Below are positions 34,243-45,310 of a DNA stretch of 64,000 nucleotides, one piece after another. The notes below the pieces were generated by a model. That model was given only the letters and a program-made list of their open reading frames with translations. It did not search any database and was not told the DNA's origin. The stretch spans positions 300,877 through 364,876 of the forward strand of contig CBDFKK010000006.1 in the NCBI GenBank assembly GCA_965248815.1, given 5' to 3'. Both the position numbers and the translations under genes were made by a program. This DNA comes from Alphaproteobacteria bacterium (GTDB taxonomy: Bacteria; Pseudomonadota; Alphaproteobacteria; SMXP01). The stretch's first letter is position 1; the number at the start of each line of letters is the position of its first letter.

Positions 34243-35087
34243 TACTGCGTAGTTGCTAGCATTATCAGGCTTACGGCTAAGACTGCAAATATGAGCCCGT
34301 CAAGCCGATCAAGGACACCCCCATGGCCCGGTATAAAACCGCTCGTGTCTTTGGCGTTGAAGTGGCGCTTAGCAGCCGACTCAGCAATGTCCCCAATTTG
34401 GCCCAAGAGCCCAAGAAATGCTCCTATAACCGCGAACAAAAGAATGGGTGTCGCGCCCCAAAAAAATGCCGCACCACCGGCAAACACAGATGCCCAAAAG
34501 ATGGCACCAACAAGCCCGGCCCAAGTCTTCGATGGCGACAGCTTAGGCGCAAGTTTCGGCCCTCCAATTGTGCGACCAAATAGATAGGCCCCGGTATCGG
34601 TCGCCCAAACCACAAACAACAATGAAATCGCCACCTCAAGCCCAAATTCAGGGTGCCCTCGGATCCACATAAAACCTAAACATGGCAAGGTCGTATAAAC
34701 GATTCCTAAGAAAGTCCAATAAGCGTTTCCGTGCTTCGATAAAGACCATAAGGACACCAGAAAAGCCATTGCGAGCGCAAATACCACGCCGAGCCAGGGT
34801 GCTGAGACGGCAAAAATGAAAATCGAAATGACGCTGATGCCCGCGTGGACAATAAAATAGCTCCGAACGACATCGCCAAAAACCAAGCGATTCCATTCGA
34901 AGGCCATTAAGACAACTAGGACGGCAACCATCGCCGCGAGCAAATAACCACCTAGCCAAGTGATCAGAACGGTTATCGGCACTAAAACGAGAGCCGATAG
35001 CCAACGAAGCCCCAAGGACGCCCGCGTGCGTGGCTGAGCCAATGTCTGTTTGGTCGGCACGTCTTGCCGACTTGAATCGCTCGTCAC
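34242..35087 (-). CDS. cdsA: Phosphatidate cytidylyltransferase
   Basis: [32 protein letters not shown]. Confidence 0.96.
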   Translation of the reverse strand: MTSDSSRQDVPTKQTLAQPRTRASLGLRWLSALVLVPITVLITWLGGYLLAAMVAVLVVLMAFEWNRLVFGDVVRSYFIVHAGISVISIFIFAVSAPWLGVVFALAMAFLVSLWSLSKHGNAYWTFLGIVYTTLPCLGFMWIRGHPEFGLEVAISLLFVVWATDTGAYLFGRTIGGPKLAPKLSPSKTWAGLVGAIFWASVFAGGAAFFWGATPILLFAVIGAFLGLLGQIGDIAESAAKRHFNAKDTSGFIPGHGGVLDRLDGLIFAVLAVSLIMLATTQ

Positions 35088-35851
35088 GTTACCCTTTTTA
35101 ATGTTCTTTGCCGCACTTTAGCACCTTGACCGCTTATCTCTTTTGGCCGTGCCCCGAAACGGCGTTCGCGTTTCTGATATTCCTCGATGGCCTCTTGCAA
35201 GTCTTGGCCTGTAAAGTCCGGCCAGAATTTATCGATGAATACCAATTCGGAATATGCAGACTGCCAAGTTAAGAAGTTACTGAGCCGCATCTCGCCGCTC
35301 GTTCGTATGACTAGATCAGGATCCGGCAAGTCTGTGGTGTAGAGGAATTTATCAAAGGTTTGCGCATCAATATCGGACGGCTCGAGTTGACCCGATTGAA
35401 CGGCTTGAGACATGCGCATGGCGGCGGTTGCAATTTCATCCCGCCCGCCATAGTTGAACGCCAGAACAAGCGTAAACCGGTCATTGTCTCGAGACCGCGT
35501 CTCCGCGTCGTCAATAAGGGCTACCAGATCGTTCGCAAGATTTTCGCGCTCGCCGATTACTCTCACGCGAATGCCATTATCGACTAATTCATTCAGGTCC
35601 TGCCGAATATAGAGCCTCAAAAGGCCCATGAGATCATTGACTTCTTTTTGCGGGCGATTCCAGTTTTCCGAAGAGAATCCGTAGAGGGTTAGATAGTCCA
35701 ACCCCAAATCTTCAATTGATCGCACAAGCTGCCGCACCGCCTCAACTCCTTGGCGATGTCCTGCCTTACGCGGTACGCCGTGAGCTTTAGCCCAACGGCC
35801 ATTTCCATCCATGATGATGGCGATATGCCGTGGCGTCCCAAACTTTTCCAT
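35084..35851 (-). CDS. uppS: Undecaprenyl diphosphate synthase
   Basis: IIMDGNGRWA, FSSENWNRP, IRTSGEMRLSNFL. Confidence 0.97.
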   Translation of the reverse strand: MEKFGTPRHIAIIMDGNGRWAKAHGVPRKAGHRQGVEAVRQLVRSIEDLGLDYLTLYGFSSENWNRPQKEVNDLMGLLRLYIRQDLNELVDNGIRVRVIGERENLANDLVALIDDAETRSRDNDRFTLVLAFNYGGRDEIATAAMRMSQAVQSGQLEPSDIDAQTFDKFLYTTDLPDPDLVIRTSGEMRLSNFLTWQSAYSELVFIDKFWPDFTGQDLQEAIEEYQKRERRFGARPKEISGQGAKVRQRTLKRVT

Positions 35852-35916
35852 CGTGACTGTTCTAGCCGCTCAAATTGTTGTGGGCTTCGCCGTGCTTTGC
35901 TAAGGGCAAAACACGC

Positions 35917-36483
35917 CTAGACCTGCATGATCTCGGCTTCTTTGGTCGTAAATATTTCATCGACCTTTTTGATATGATCATCTGTCATTGTCTGAATTTC
36001 ATCGGACCAAACCTTATGTTCGTCCTTGCCCATGTGGCCATCTTTTTCTAATCGTTTAAGTTGTTCCATCCCGTCGCGACGCACATTTCTGACTGCGACG
36101 CGCGCTTGCTCAGCATATTTGCTGGCAACTTTGGACAGTTCTAGCCGCCGCTCTTCATTGAGCTCTGGAATGGGAACGCGGATTAGTTGGCCATCTACAA
36201 TGGGGTTGATACCCAATCCGGCATTTTGAATCGCTTTTTCGACTGCGCTCACCAGGCCCTTGTCCCAGACTTGAACCGTTAGCAAGCGCGATTCAGGAAC
36301 TCCAATAGTTCCAACTTGGTTCATAGGCATCTGGCTGCCATATGCGTCGACAACTATGGGCTCTAACAGGTTTGCCGACGCCCGGCCGGTTCTCAAACCA
36401 GCTAACTCGGCATGCAGTGCCTTCAAAGCACCGTCCATACGCCGGGTAATGTCGTCAATATCGAGCTCGCTTGATTCGGACAT
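35917..36483 (-). CDS. frr: Ribosome recycling factor
   Basis: [25 protein letters not shown]. Confidence 0.98.
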   Translation of the reverse strand: MSESSELDIDDITRRMDGALKALHAELAGLRTGRASANLLEPIVVDAYGSQMPMNQVGTIGVPESRLLTVQVWDKGLVSAVEKAIQNAGLGINPIVDGQLIRVPIPELNEERRLELSKVASKYAEQARVAVRNVRRDGMEQLKRLEKDGHMGKDEHKVWSDEIQTMTDDHIKKVDEIFTTKEAEIMQV

Positions 36484-36537
36484 TTTCTAGCTCCAGTTAC
36501 ATGAGAGGTACTGGTTATAAGTCCTTTTAATGACAAA

Positions 36538-37287
36538 TCATTCTTTAATCAAAGTTGATCGCCCGTTGCCTTTGAGGACGCGAACAAACTCCCCTTTTTC
36601 TTTGATATCAAACACAACAATCGGAACGTTGTTCTCCCTAGCAACACTGATTGCCGAAGCGTCCATCACTTTAAGATCTCGCGACAAAACCTCCAAATAT
36701 GACAACTTGTCATAGCGGACGGCAGACTTGTGCAGCTTGGGGTCCGCCGAATAAACCCCGTCTACTTGAGTGCCCTTGATAAGCGCGTCGCATCCCATCT
36801 CGGCCGAGCGCAGCGCGGCCGCTGTGTCGGTCGTGAAAAAGGGATTGCCGGTTCCGGCCGCAAAGATCACGGCACGACCCTTTTCCATATGGCGTACCGC
36901 ACGTCGCCGAATAAACGGCTCGCAGACGCTCGACATAGGGATGGCGGATTGGACTCGGGTCTGAACGCCCAAGCCCTCCAGAGCGTTCTGCATGGCTAGA
37001 GCGTTCATCACGGTTGCCAGCATACCCATATAGTCTGCGCTTGCGCGATCCATGCCCCGCGCTGCTCCGGACAGACCGCGAAAAATATTACCGCCTCCGA
37101 TGACCATGCAGACTTCAACGCCTTCGTTGACGGCATCGCGGACCTCGCCAGCAATGCGGTTGACCGTCGCAAGGTCAATTCCAAACGATTCATCGCCCAT
37201 GAGCGCTTCGCCCGAAATCTTCAAAAGAACGCGGGAATATGCGAGCACGCCGTCGGATGCTGTGGTTTTTGTCGCTAGCTTCGACAC
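36538..37287 (-). CDS. pyrH: UMP kinase
   Basis: [26 protein letters not shown]. Confidence 0.98.
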   Translation of the reverse strand: MSKLATKTTASDGVLAYSRVLLKISGEALMGDESFGIDLATVNRIAGEVRDAVNEGVEVCMVIGGGNIFRGLSGAARGMDRASADYMGMLATVMNALAMQNALEGLGVQTRVQSAIPMSSVCEPFIRRRAVRHMEKGRAVIFAAGTGNPFFTTDTAAALRSAEMGCDALIKGTQVDGVYSADPKLHKSAVRYDKLSYLEVLSRDLKVMDASAISVARENNVPIVVFDIKEKGEFVRVLKGNGRSTLIKE

Positions 37288-37379
37288 AATTGATCAGGCC
37301 TTCTAACTGATGTCGTTATGACTTGAGCAGCGAACTTGAGTCGTTCTTGAAGCTCAGAAAAACGTCGCCGATAAAGCCA

Positions 37380-38321
37380 CTAATTGCCCGCCATTGCGGC
37401 AACTTCTTCGGCAAAATCTTCAGCATCACCCTTCTCAATACCTTCGCCCAATTGGAGACGCTGAAAATTCTTGATCGCTACGGACGATCCAAGTTCCTGG
37501 CCCAGGTTTTTGATCAAGTCACTAATTTTTGTTTCATTGTCGATGACGAAGGTTTGAGACAGAAGAACCTTTTCCTCAAAAAACTTGCGCAAACGGCCGT
37601 TCACCATGTTTTCGATAATGTTTTCAGGTTTGCCGGATTCACGCGCTTGTTCAGTCAGCACCGCCTTTTCTTTGGCCACGACATCGGCGTTCAACTCATC
37701 TTCAGAAACCGACAAAGGGTCGGTCGAGGCAATGTGCATCGCGAGTTGCCGGCCGACTTCTCCCAATCGGGCAGGCTCCCCACCCGACTCGAGGCCAACC
37801 AGCACTGCGATTTTGCCCATATTGTCGGCGACTTTGTTGTGTACGTAAGACACAACGGCGCCTTCATTGACATCGATGGCAGCACATCTTCGGAGCGAGA
37901 TGTTTTCGCCAATCTTAGCGATCATGTTCGTAATATGCGCTTCCACCGGAACATCCGCGCCTGGAAACGGCATGGCATTGAGTCTTTCCAGATCACCGCC
38001 GGCTTCGAGTGCAAGCTTGGCCAACGTTCCCGCTAGCCCCTGAAACGTCTCGTTGTGCGCCACAAAATCCGTTTCGGAATTGACTTCGACGACCGCCGCC
38101 CGCCTTGGTGGATTGGCATCTTCAAGCGCGACCGCGACCAAACCCTCAGCAGCTAAGCGGCCAGATTTTTTTTCCGCCTTTGCAATGCCCTTCGTGCGCA
38201 GCCAATCAACGGCCGCGTCCATATCGCCGCCGTTCTCAGCGAGCGCAGCCTTACAATCCATCATGCCGGCGCCTGTTTTTTCCCTCAGCGCCTTAACTTG
38301 TGATGCGGAGATATTTGACAT
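37380..38321 (-). CDS. tsf: Elongation factor Ts
   Basis: LREKTGAGMMDCK, EVNSETDFV. Confidence 0.98.
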   Translation of the reverse strand: MSNISASQVKALREKTGAGMMDCKAALAENGGDMDAAVDWLRTKGIAKAEKKSGRLAAEGLVAVALEDANPPRRAAVVEVNSETDFVAHNETFQGLAGTLAKLALEAGGDLERLNAMPFPGADVPVEAHITNMIAKIGENISLRRCAAIDVNEGAVVSYVHNKVADNMGKIAVLVGLESGGEPARLGEVGRQLAMHIASTDPLSVSEDELNADVVAKEKAVLTEQARESGKPENIIENMVNGRLRKFFEEKVLLSQTFVIDNETKISDLIKNLGQELGSSVAIKNFQRLQLGEGIEKGDAEDFAEEVAAMAGN

Positions 38322-38384
38322 CTTTTGTGCCCTATCAAATGGTTGTCGGCAGCAAAGTCATCGGCGGCCGCCAATGGTCTAACC

Positions 38385-39269
38385 TTAGGCGGAAGCTTTC
38401 TCAGCGTGGGCTGCAGTATCACCGCCTTCTTCGGCAGGTGCCGCTGGGCCAGAATCTTCAACTGGTTTATCCTCGCTTTGCTCCGGAGCTTCAGCCGCGC
38501 CGCCTTCTGCTGCCTGCAAATCGGGCAAGATTTCTTCAGTGACGACCTCAGCGGCTCCAACATCGACACCAGAGGCCGATTGGCTGGCAGAAATTCCGTC
38601 AAGGACAGCACGCGCGACTAAATCGCAATAGAGCGTGATCGCACGCGCCGCATCGTCGTTGCCCGGAATGGGATAAGTGATGCCGACAGGATCGGAATTC
38701 GTATCGATGATCCCAATCACCGGAATACCAAGCTTGATCCCTTCCTTGATGGCGATTGATTCCTTGTTGGTGTCAATCACGAACATGATATCGGGAATGC
38801 CGCCCATTTCTTTGATGCCGCCGAGAGCGCGATCGAGCTTGTCTTTTTCTCGCGTCAGCCTAAGAAGCTCTTTCTTAGTCAGACCCGTATTGTCTTCTGA
38901 AAGATTCTGCTCCAATTGACGAAGCCGCGCGATCGAGTTGGAAATTGTCTTCCAATTTGTCAGCGTGCCCCCTAACCAGCGGTGATTAATGTAGTACTGA
39001 GCGCAGCGTTTCGCCGCCTCTGATAACGTGCCGGTCGCTTGCCTCTTTGTTCCCACAAACAGGACACGTCCCCCGCCGGCTACGATGTCGCGCACGGCCA
39101 AGAGTGCCTGATGCAACAGGGGCACGGTCTTTGATAGATCGATGATATGAATATTGTTTCGAACACCGAAAATGTATGACTCCATTTTCGGGTTCCAGCG
39201 GTGGGTCTGATGACCAAAATGCACACCAGCTTCAAGAAGCTGGCGCATGGAATAATCCGGTAACGCCAT
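38385..39269 (-). CDS. rpsB: 30S ribosomal protein S2
   Basis: [26 protein letters not shown]; start moved to ATG 39269. Confidence 0.98.
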   Translation of the reverse strand: MALPDYSMRQLLEAGVHFGHQTHRWNPKMESYIFGVRNNIHIIDLSKTVPLLHQALLAVRDIVAGGGRVLFVGTKRQATGTLSEAAKRCAQYYINHRWLGGTLTNWKTISNSIARLRQLEQNLSEDNTGLTKKELLRLTREKDKLDRALGGIKEMGGIPDIMFVIDTNKESIAIKEGIKLGIPVIGIIDTNSDPVGITYPIPGNDDAARAITLYCDLVARAVLDGISASQSASGVDVGAAEVVTEEILPDLQAAEGGAAEAPEQSEDKPVEDSGPAAPAEEGGDTAAHAEKASA

Positions 39270-39398
39270 AATTCTATCCTTCTCCGGTTCAACCTCCACG
39301 AAGCTCGTTACGCCGCGGCGTAACACCGGAACGACCACGGACCCTCATTCGTCTTCAAAACGAAAGGGGCCAGATGGCCGAAGCCCCGTGTGCGGAAT
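39270..39398 (-). ncRNA. Probable rpsB leader (t44/S2 autoregulatory RNA)
   Basis: About 130-nt hairpin-rich leader (e.g. GTTACGCC-GC-GGCGTAAC) ending in GTGGAGG-TTGAACC before the rpsB RBS, resembling the t44 3' element. Confidence 0.55.
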
Positions 39399-39404
39399 GC
39401 GGGG

Positions 39405-39433
39405 GTTATAGGCAGTTAAGGGGTCTGATGCAA
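39405..39433 (-). promoter_or_regulatory. Sigma70 promoter of rpsB-tsf
   Basis: TTGCAT-N17-TATAAC followed by a GC-rich discriminator. Confidence 0.65.
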
Positions 39434-39472
39434 GGCTTGGCGGATCTCACGGGATATTGCGGAACGGACCCC

Positions 39473-42400
39473 TTATATCTCCTTGACGTCTACAACCCCG
39501 CCGATTGCCATCAATGCCCCCTTGAGCCCCGGTCCCACGGGGATTTGTCCCTGCAATTTGAGTTCAACTTCCTGGGCACCGGAATTCACCAACAGAACGA
39601 TGTTCATATCTCCGGCCGCCGACAAGCCTCGGCCGTTGCGCTCAGGGTCAACCGATTGGAGCGTTTGTTTGATCAACGCGAGCGTATCAGGCTCATTAAT
39701 GAAAACCCGTAACCCATTAAAAGCCTTTGATAAAACGTCCTCTAACGAGCGCACGGCCTTGGTCGTCAATCTTAAATCGTCTCCCTCCCATTCGGCCGTG
39801 GCAGTGACGACGATCGAACGACCCGGCTCGAGCAAGTCGCCACTCTGGATCAAGACGTCGGAAAAAACCGTAACCTCGTATCCACCGGTTAGGTCCGAAA
39901 GCGCAACATAAGCAAATTGCCGGTCGTTGCGCTGAGATCGTCGATTTTGCCGTTTTAGGACCGTTCCAGCCAAATTCACAATGCTGGACTGCCGATCAGT
40001 ACGGGCCAAGAGTTCCCCAATCGGCACGATGCTTCGTCCGCGAAGCACATCGCGATAATCGTCAAGCGGATGTCCGGAGAGATAGAAACCGACGGCCAGC
40101 AATTCCTGTTCAAGACGTTCGAATGCCGTCCACTCATCAACTGCTGGTAATGCAAGTCTACTCAGCTCCTGAGGGTCTTCGCCGAACAAATTGGACTGGG
40201 AGCTGGCCCGTTCTTCGGCCGCATGAGTTGCCTGGCTCAAGAGACTGTCAGCGCCGGAAGTGACCTGGGCGCGATTGGGCCACAATCTATCGAAGGCTCC
40301 GGCGCGGGCAAGATTTTCAATCGCACGCTTGTTGACGGAACGCGGATCGACCCGCCTTGCGAAATCGGCCAAGTCCTCAAAGGGACCGCATCCCTGTCTG
40401 GTCTCAACCAATTTACGCATGGCCTGGTCACCGACATTCTTGACCGCAGAAAGGGCGTAAATGATCTTGTCGTCGACCACAGCAAAATCAGAGTCGGACA
40501 TGTTAATATCAGGCGGCAAAATTTGAATGCCCAGCTTTTCGGCGTCTTGCTTAAAGATACTGAGTTTGTCCGTATTGCCTTTGTCCAAAGTCATAGAGGC
40601 CGCGAAAAACTCGATAGGGAAATTGGCTTTGATATAGGCGGTTTGAAAAGCCACCAATGCGTAGCCGGCTGAATGGCTTTTGTTGAAACCGTAGCCAGCA
40701 AACTTCGCAACCAATTCGAAAATATAGTCTGCCTGACGTTTCTCAACACCGTTCGCCACCGCACCCTCAATGAAACGGCTTTTCTGCTTCGCCATTTCAT
40801 CTTTTTTCTTCTTACCCATAGCGCGACGCAACAAGTCTGCCTCGCCGAGAGAATAGCCTGACAGCACTTGTGCAATTTGCATCACCTGTTCTTGATAGAT
40901 GATGACGCCATAGGTATCGGCAACGATCGGCTCCACGGTCTCATGTAGGAATTCAGGTTTTTCCCGTTCGTGTTTGCAGGCCAAGTATTTGGGAATGTTT
41001 TTCATGGGTCCCGGGCGAAACAGCGCGACCAAGGCTACCAAGTCCTCAAAGTTACTCGGTTGGGCTTGGCGAAGCAGGTCACGCATGCCGCTTCCTTCAA
41101 ATTGGAAAACCCCGATAGAATCGCCGCGCGCCAACATCTCATATGTTTTCACGTCATCTAGCGGCAAACGGTCAATATCAACGTCGATACCGCGCGCTGC
41201 AATCAACTTGCGCGCACGATCCAGTACTGTGAGCGTCTTAAGGCCGAGAAAATCGAATTTCACAAGACCCGCGAATTCAACCCAATTGAGATTGAACTGA
41301 GTGACTGGCATATCCGACCGCGGATCGAAATAAATTGGGACTAATTCCTGCAACGGGCGATCGCCAATCACGACCCCAGCCGCGTGTGTCGACGCGTGGC
41401 GGTAAAGGCCCTCTAACTTAAGAGCGATCTCCATGAGGCGTGAAACGGTTTCATCAGAGCGCATCTTTTGTTGCAACTCTGGTTCACCCTCGATGGCTTG
41501 GGAAAGCGAAACCGGATTGGCAGGATTATTGGGAATGAGTTTCGAAATGCCGTCGACCTGCATGTAAGGCATTTGCAAAACCCGGCCGACGTCGCGCACG
41601 ACGGCGCGCGCCTGAAGTTTACCGAACGTAATAATCTGTGCGACCCGATCGCTGCCGTACTTGTCTTGAACATAGCGGATGACTTCATCGCGCCGCTCTT
41701 GGCAAAAGTCGATGTCAAAGTCCGGCATCGAAACGCGTTCAGGATTTAGAAAGCGTTCAAACAGCAGCCCAAACTTGAGCGGATCAAGGTCCGTAACTGT
41801 CAATGCCCAGGCGACAACAGACCCCGCCCCGGAACCTCGGCCTGGGCCTACGGGAATGCCTTCGAGTTTCGCCCATTTGATGAAGTCCGCCACGATCAAG
41901 AAGTATCCGGCGAAATCCATTTTCGTTATGACATCGAGCTCAAAGTTCAGTTGCTTCCAATAGGTCTCCTCGTCGGACGAGAGCTCTACTTGCTCAAGCC
42001 GGGCTCGAAGTCCACTTTCGGCTTGCTCGCGAAGTTCTTCCGACTCTGTCATGTCGGACTCAGATTGATAGTTCGGCAGAATGGGTGCGCGCTGCTCCGG
42101 CATATAGGCGCACCGCTGCGCAATCTCGAATGTGTTGTCGATTGCTTCGGGCACGTCCGCAAATAGGGCCACCATTTCGGCCGGCGACTTTATGTAATGT
42201 TCTGGCGTCAAGTGGCGGCGATCTTCTTGCGCTACGTAGGCCCCTTGCGAAATGCAAAGTAAAACATCATGGGCCTCTGCGAGATCTCGTGACGTAAAGT
42301 AAGGTTCGTTTGTAGCGACGAGCGGCAGATCAAAGTCATAGGCCATCTCCACCAAATCATGGCCGATCTGCTCGGTACGGCTATGTTCGTGCCGCTGCAA

Positions 42401-42967
42401 TTCGACATAAAGACTTCTCGGAAAGAGGCTCGCCAATCGATCTAAGATTTGTTTGGCCTGACCCCGCTGCGATCCAGCAAGCGCGCGATCAATAGGTCCA
42501 TCGCGCCCGCCGGTCAGCGCAATGAGTCCGGCGGCGTGAACTCCTAGATCTTCGAGCGTCACATGAGGGCCCGGTGACTCGGCCGAGTTTTCGAATGCCT
42601 TGCTCGAAAGTTTCATGAGGTTCAAATAGCCGGCCTCATTTTGGGCCAATAGCGCGATCACCGGATAGGGCGGCTGCTGATGAAAGCGCGCACTAGGCTC
42701 GCTGCGCGCGTCCTCAACCAAAGCCCCTTCTATGTCGATCGCCAAGCTGCAGCCGACAATGGGCTGTACGCCCTCGTCCGCCAGAGTTTTTGAAAATTCC
42801 AAGGCGCCAAATAGATTATTGGTGTCAGTAATGGCCAGCGCAGGCATATTCATTTGCCGGCAAATCTCGGGGAGTTGCGCAATATGGATTGCGCCTTCCG
42901 ACAAGGAATAAGCGGTATGCAGTCGCAAATGAATGAACGGACTAAAGCCGGATGATGGTTGCGCCAT
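39473..42967 (-). CDS. dnaE: DNA polymerase III alpha subunit
   Basis: HLRLHTAYSL, GPGRGSGAGS, NPERVSMPDFDIDF, GYGFNKSH; normal length. Confidence 0.99.
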   Translation of the reverse strand: MAQPSSGFSPFIHLRLHTAYSLSEGAIHIAQLPEICRQMNMPALAITDTNNLFGALEFSKTLADEGVQPIVGCSLAIDIEGALVEDARSEPSARFHQQPPYPVIALLAQNEAGYLNLMKLSSKAFENSAESPGPHVTLEDLGVHAAGLIALTGGRDGPIDRALAGSQRGQAKQILDRLASLFPRSLYVELQRHEHSRTEQIGHDLVEMAYDFDLPLVATNEPYFTSRDLAEAHDVLLCISQGAYVAQEDRRHLTPEHYIKSPAEMVALFADVPEAIDNTFEIAQRCAYMPEQRAPILPNYQSESDMTESEELREQAESGLRARLEQVELSSDEETYWKQLNFELDVITKMDFAGYFLIVADFIKWAKLEGIPVGPGRGSGAGSVVAWALTVTDLDPLKFGLLFERFLNPERVSMPDFDIDFCQERRDEVIRYVQDKYGSDRVAQIITFGKLQARAVVRDVGRVLQMPYMQVDGISKLIPNNPANPVSLSQAIEGEPELQQKMRSDETVSRLMEIALKLEGLYRHASTHAAGVVIGDRPLQELVPIYFDPRSDMPVTQFNLNWVEFAGLVKFDFLGLKTLTVLDRARKLIAARGIDVDIDRLPLDDVKTYEMLARGDSIGVFQFEGSGMRDLLRQAQPSNFEDLVALVALFRPGPMKNIPKYLACKHEREKPEFLHETVEPIVADTYGVIIYQEQVMQIAQVLSGYSLGEADLLRRAMGKKKKDEMAKQKSRFIEGAVANGVEKRQADYIFELVAKFAGYGFNKSHSAGYALVAFQTAYIKANFPIEFFAASMTLDKGNTDKLSIFKQDAEKLGIQILPPDINMSDSDFAVVDDKIIYALSAVKNVGDQAMRKLVETRQGCGPFEDLADFARRVDPRSVNKRAIENLARAGAFDRLWPNRAQVTSGADSLLSQATHAAEERASSQSNLFGEDPQELSRLALPAVDEWTAFERLEQELLAVGFYLSGHPLDDYRDVLRGRSIVPIGELLARTDRQSSIVNLAGTVLKRQNRRSQRNDRQFAYVALSDLTGGYEVTVFSDVLIQSGDLLEPGRSIVVTATAEWEGDDLRLTTKAVRSLEDVLSKAFNGLRVFINEPDTLALIKQTLQSVDPERNGRGLSAAGDMNIVLLVNSGAQEVELKLQGQIPVGPGLKGALMAIGGVVDVKEI

Positions 42968-43107
42968 TCTTGTCCTGAGTGGGCGCGAAGCGCCTATTTC
43001 TTGCTTGAAGATCCCAACCGAATCCCACGACCATGATGCGTCAAGGAAGAAGCCAAGTCATCTCATCGAGGTCAGCGGCCTGTTAATTTGACCGCGAGGC
43101 GCTCCTG

Positions 43108-43230
43108 TCAGGGAAGCAAAGCGATCCTCGTCGATGTGGAGGCCTCGGCGACGGCCAGCCAAATGAATAGAGACCACATGAAAGCTCCAATGGCCAAAAC
43201 CGCCAGACTATCTTCCAAAATCGGTTTCAT
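43108..43230 (-). CDS. 40-aa small membrane protein, SidA-like SOS division inhibitor candidate
   Basis: MKPILEDSLAVLAIGAFMWSLFIWLAVAEASTSTRIALLP; AGGAGGT SD 6 nt before ATG; two LexA boxes; directly upstream of dnaE; absent from the ORF track. Confidence 0.8.
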   Translation of the reverse strand: MKPILEDSLAVLAIGAFMWSLFIWLAVAEASTSTRIALLP

Positions 43231-43232
43231 TT

Positions 43233-43287
43233 GTTCACCTCCTGTTCTTACGGAGGCCATGTTCTATTTTTGTTCCAAAGCTGTCAA
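43233..43287 (-). promoter_or_regulatory. LexA-controlled promoter with two SOS boxes
   Basis: GTTC-N7-GTTC at 43233-43247 and 43261-43275; TTGACA on the minus strand at 43282-43287. Confidence 0.85.
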
Positions 43288-43349
43288 GCGAGAACCGGTA
43301 GGACGTTAATCTCTAAAAGAATGGCTGAAATCGCGGAATAAATGAACAG

Positions 43350-44039
43350 TCACGCTTCGATGAGCTGGCCATCTTGAAGATGAACCAAGCGGTCGAAGAG
43401 ATTGGCGAGCTCGATATTGTGTGTGGCCACAATCGCCGCCAAGCCTTCTTCACGAACCAGATGAAGCAAGCTGTCGAACACCGCTTCAGCGGTATGAGGA
43501 TCAAGATTGCCAGTTGGCTCATCTGCCAAAAGAACTTTTGGACGGTTGGCCAACGCTCTTGCAATCGCCACTCGCTGCTGCTCGCCGCCCGACAATTGCA
43601 TCGGTTGATGTTCCAAGCGGCCCGAAAGGCCCATTTCGGAAAGCAACCGCTCGGCCTCGTCTTTTGAACGGCCGCGGCGCTTACCGCCGATCAACTGGGG
43701 CATCGTAACATTTTCTATCGCCGTGAACTCGGGAAGTAGATGATGGAATTGATAGACAAAGCCTAAGTCTTCGCGCCGAATCTTCGTACGCTGACTATCG
43801 CTGAGCGAGACACAATCTCTGCCCTGAAGCAGAACGTGACCGCCGTTCGGGCGTTCCAAGAGACCCGCGACATGAAGCAAAGTTGATTTGCCAGACCCCG
43901 AAGGCCCCAGCAATCCAATGGCCTCTCCCTCGTCGACCGACAGGCTCGCACCGCGCAAGACTTCAAGGAATGTTTCGCCCTGAGGATATGCACGCACGAT
44001 GTCGCGCAATTCCAGAACTGGTCCCTTCCCCCTTGCCAT
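43350..44039 (-). CDS. lolD: Lipoprotein-releasing ABC transporter ATP-binding protein
   Basis: [34 protein letters not shown]. Confidence 0.94.
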   Translation of the reverse strand: MARGKGPVLELRDIVRAYPQGETFLEVLRGASLSVDEGEAIGLLGPSGSGKSTLLHVAGLLERPNGGHVLLQGRDCVSLSDSQRTKIRREDLGFVYQFHHLLPEFTAIENVTMPQLIGGKRRGRSKDEAERLLSEMGLSGRLEHQPMQLSGGEQQRVAIARALANRPKVLLADEPTGNLDPHTAEAVFDSLLHLVREEGLAAIVATHNIELANLFDRLVHLQDGQLIEA

Positions 44040-44053
44040 GTTTCCCCTACAAC

Positions 44054-45310
44054 TTATTCATATCTAAGCGCTTCAACCGGATCTAAGCGTGCCGCACGCC
44101 AAGACGGATAAAGCGTCGCAAAAAACGAAAGGCCAAGAGCCATCAGCACAATGACAGCAACTTCACTTGGCACCATTTCGGCCGGCATCGTCGCCAAGAA
44201 ATAGACCTCAGGTGAAAAGAGCTCTGTGCCCGACAGGCGCGACAGTCCTTGACGCAGCGGCTCGATATACCTGCAAAACAAAACACCAATAACAAAGCCA
44301 ATCAGCGTCCCCACAACGCCGATTGCCGAGCCGGTAATGAAGAAGACCCGCATTATGGCGCCCTGGGTCGCCCCCATACTTCGCAATATTGCAATGTCAT
44401 GCCCCTTATCTTTGACCAGCATGATCAATCCCGAAATAATATTCAAAGCTGCAACAAGAATGATCAGAGTCAGAATGAGAAACATAACGTTACGTTCGAC
44501 AGCTAGCGCACTGACGAACGTCGAATTGGTCTGTTTCCAATCAAGAATTCGCACTTGCTGGTCGACATCTCTTTGTAACAGGGCGCGGTAATTCTCAACA
44601 TTGTCCGGTTCGTCTACCATTACCTCGAGTGCGGTTGCCGCATCTTCGGCATTGAAATAAAGCTGCGCCTCGTCGAACGGCATGAAGACAAAACTTGCAT
44701 CATATTCGGACATGCCGATCTCGAAGATGGCAACAACGGGGTAAGACTTAACTCGCGGCGTCACGCCGAACGGCGTGACCGCGCCGCGGGCCGAAATCAA
44801 CGTCATCCCGTCGCCTAATCCGATGCCCAGGTTTTGCGCCAAACGACTACCGATGGCGATCCCAGTCGCCTCATCGAAACCATCAAGTGTCCCCAATAAA
44901 ATTTTATCCGATATGACGTCGAATTCTTTGAGATCCTGTTCTCTCAAACCTCGAACTAAGACACCCGAGGTATAACTATTATAGGAAGCCATGACTTGGC
45001 CTTGGACGATCGGCGCAACACGTTCGATACCCTCGAATGATCTGACGAGTTCGGCCGTTTGGTCAAAGTCGTAAAGCCGCCCGTCTCTTATGCCGTAGAT
45101 CATGATGTGACCGTTGACGCCGAGCACCCGGTCCATGAGTTCGATACGGAAACCGTTCATGACGGCCATGACGATAATGAGAGTGGCAACGCCAAGCGCG
45201 ATGCCGACAAGTGAGAACCCGGTGATGACCGAAATAAAACTTTCGCGGCGGCGCGCGCGCAAATAGCGGCCCGCCAACATCCATTCAAACGGCGCAAACG
45301 GCAGGGTCAA
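44054..45310 (-). CDS. lolE: Lipoprotein-releasing ABC transporter permease LolC/E
   Basis: [38 protein letters not shown]. Confidence 0.93.
   Translation of the reverse strand: MTLPFAPFEWMLAGRYLRARRRESFISVITGFSLVGIALGVATLIIVMAVMNGFRIELMDRVLGVNGHIMIYGIRDGRLYDFDQTAELVRSFEGIERVAPIVQGQVMASYNSYTSGVLVRGLREQDLKEFDVISDKILLGTLDGFDEATGIAIGSRLAQNLGIGLGDGMTLISARGAVTPFGVTPRVKSYPVVAIFEIGMSEYDASFVFMPFDEAQLYFNAEDAATALEVMVDEPDNVENYRALLQRDVDQQVRILDWKQTNSTFVSALAVERNVMFLILTLIILVAALNIISGLIMLVKDKGHDIAILRSMGATQGAIMRVFFITGSAIGVVGTLIGFVIGVLFCRYIEPLRQGLSRLSGTELFSPEVYFLATMPAEMVPSEVAVIVLMALGLSFFATLYPSWRAARLDPVEALRYE

Noticed and set aside
39473-42967. Possible intein or extra domain in DnaE
   Set aside because: Length (1164 aa) and motif spacing are ordinary; no intein terminal motifs seen.
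43088-43309. 73-aa plus-strand ORF in the dnaE-lolD gap
   Set aside because: Antisense to the minus-strand 40-aa ORF, which has the SD, promoter and LexA boxes; no recognisable motif or RBS.
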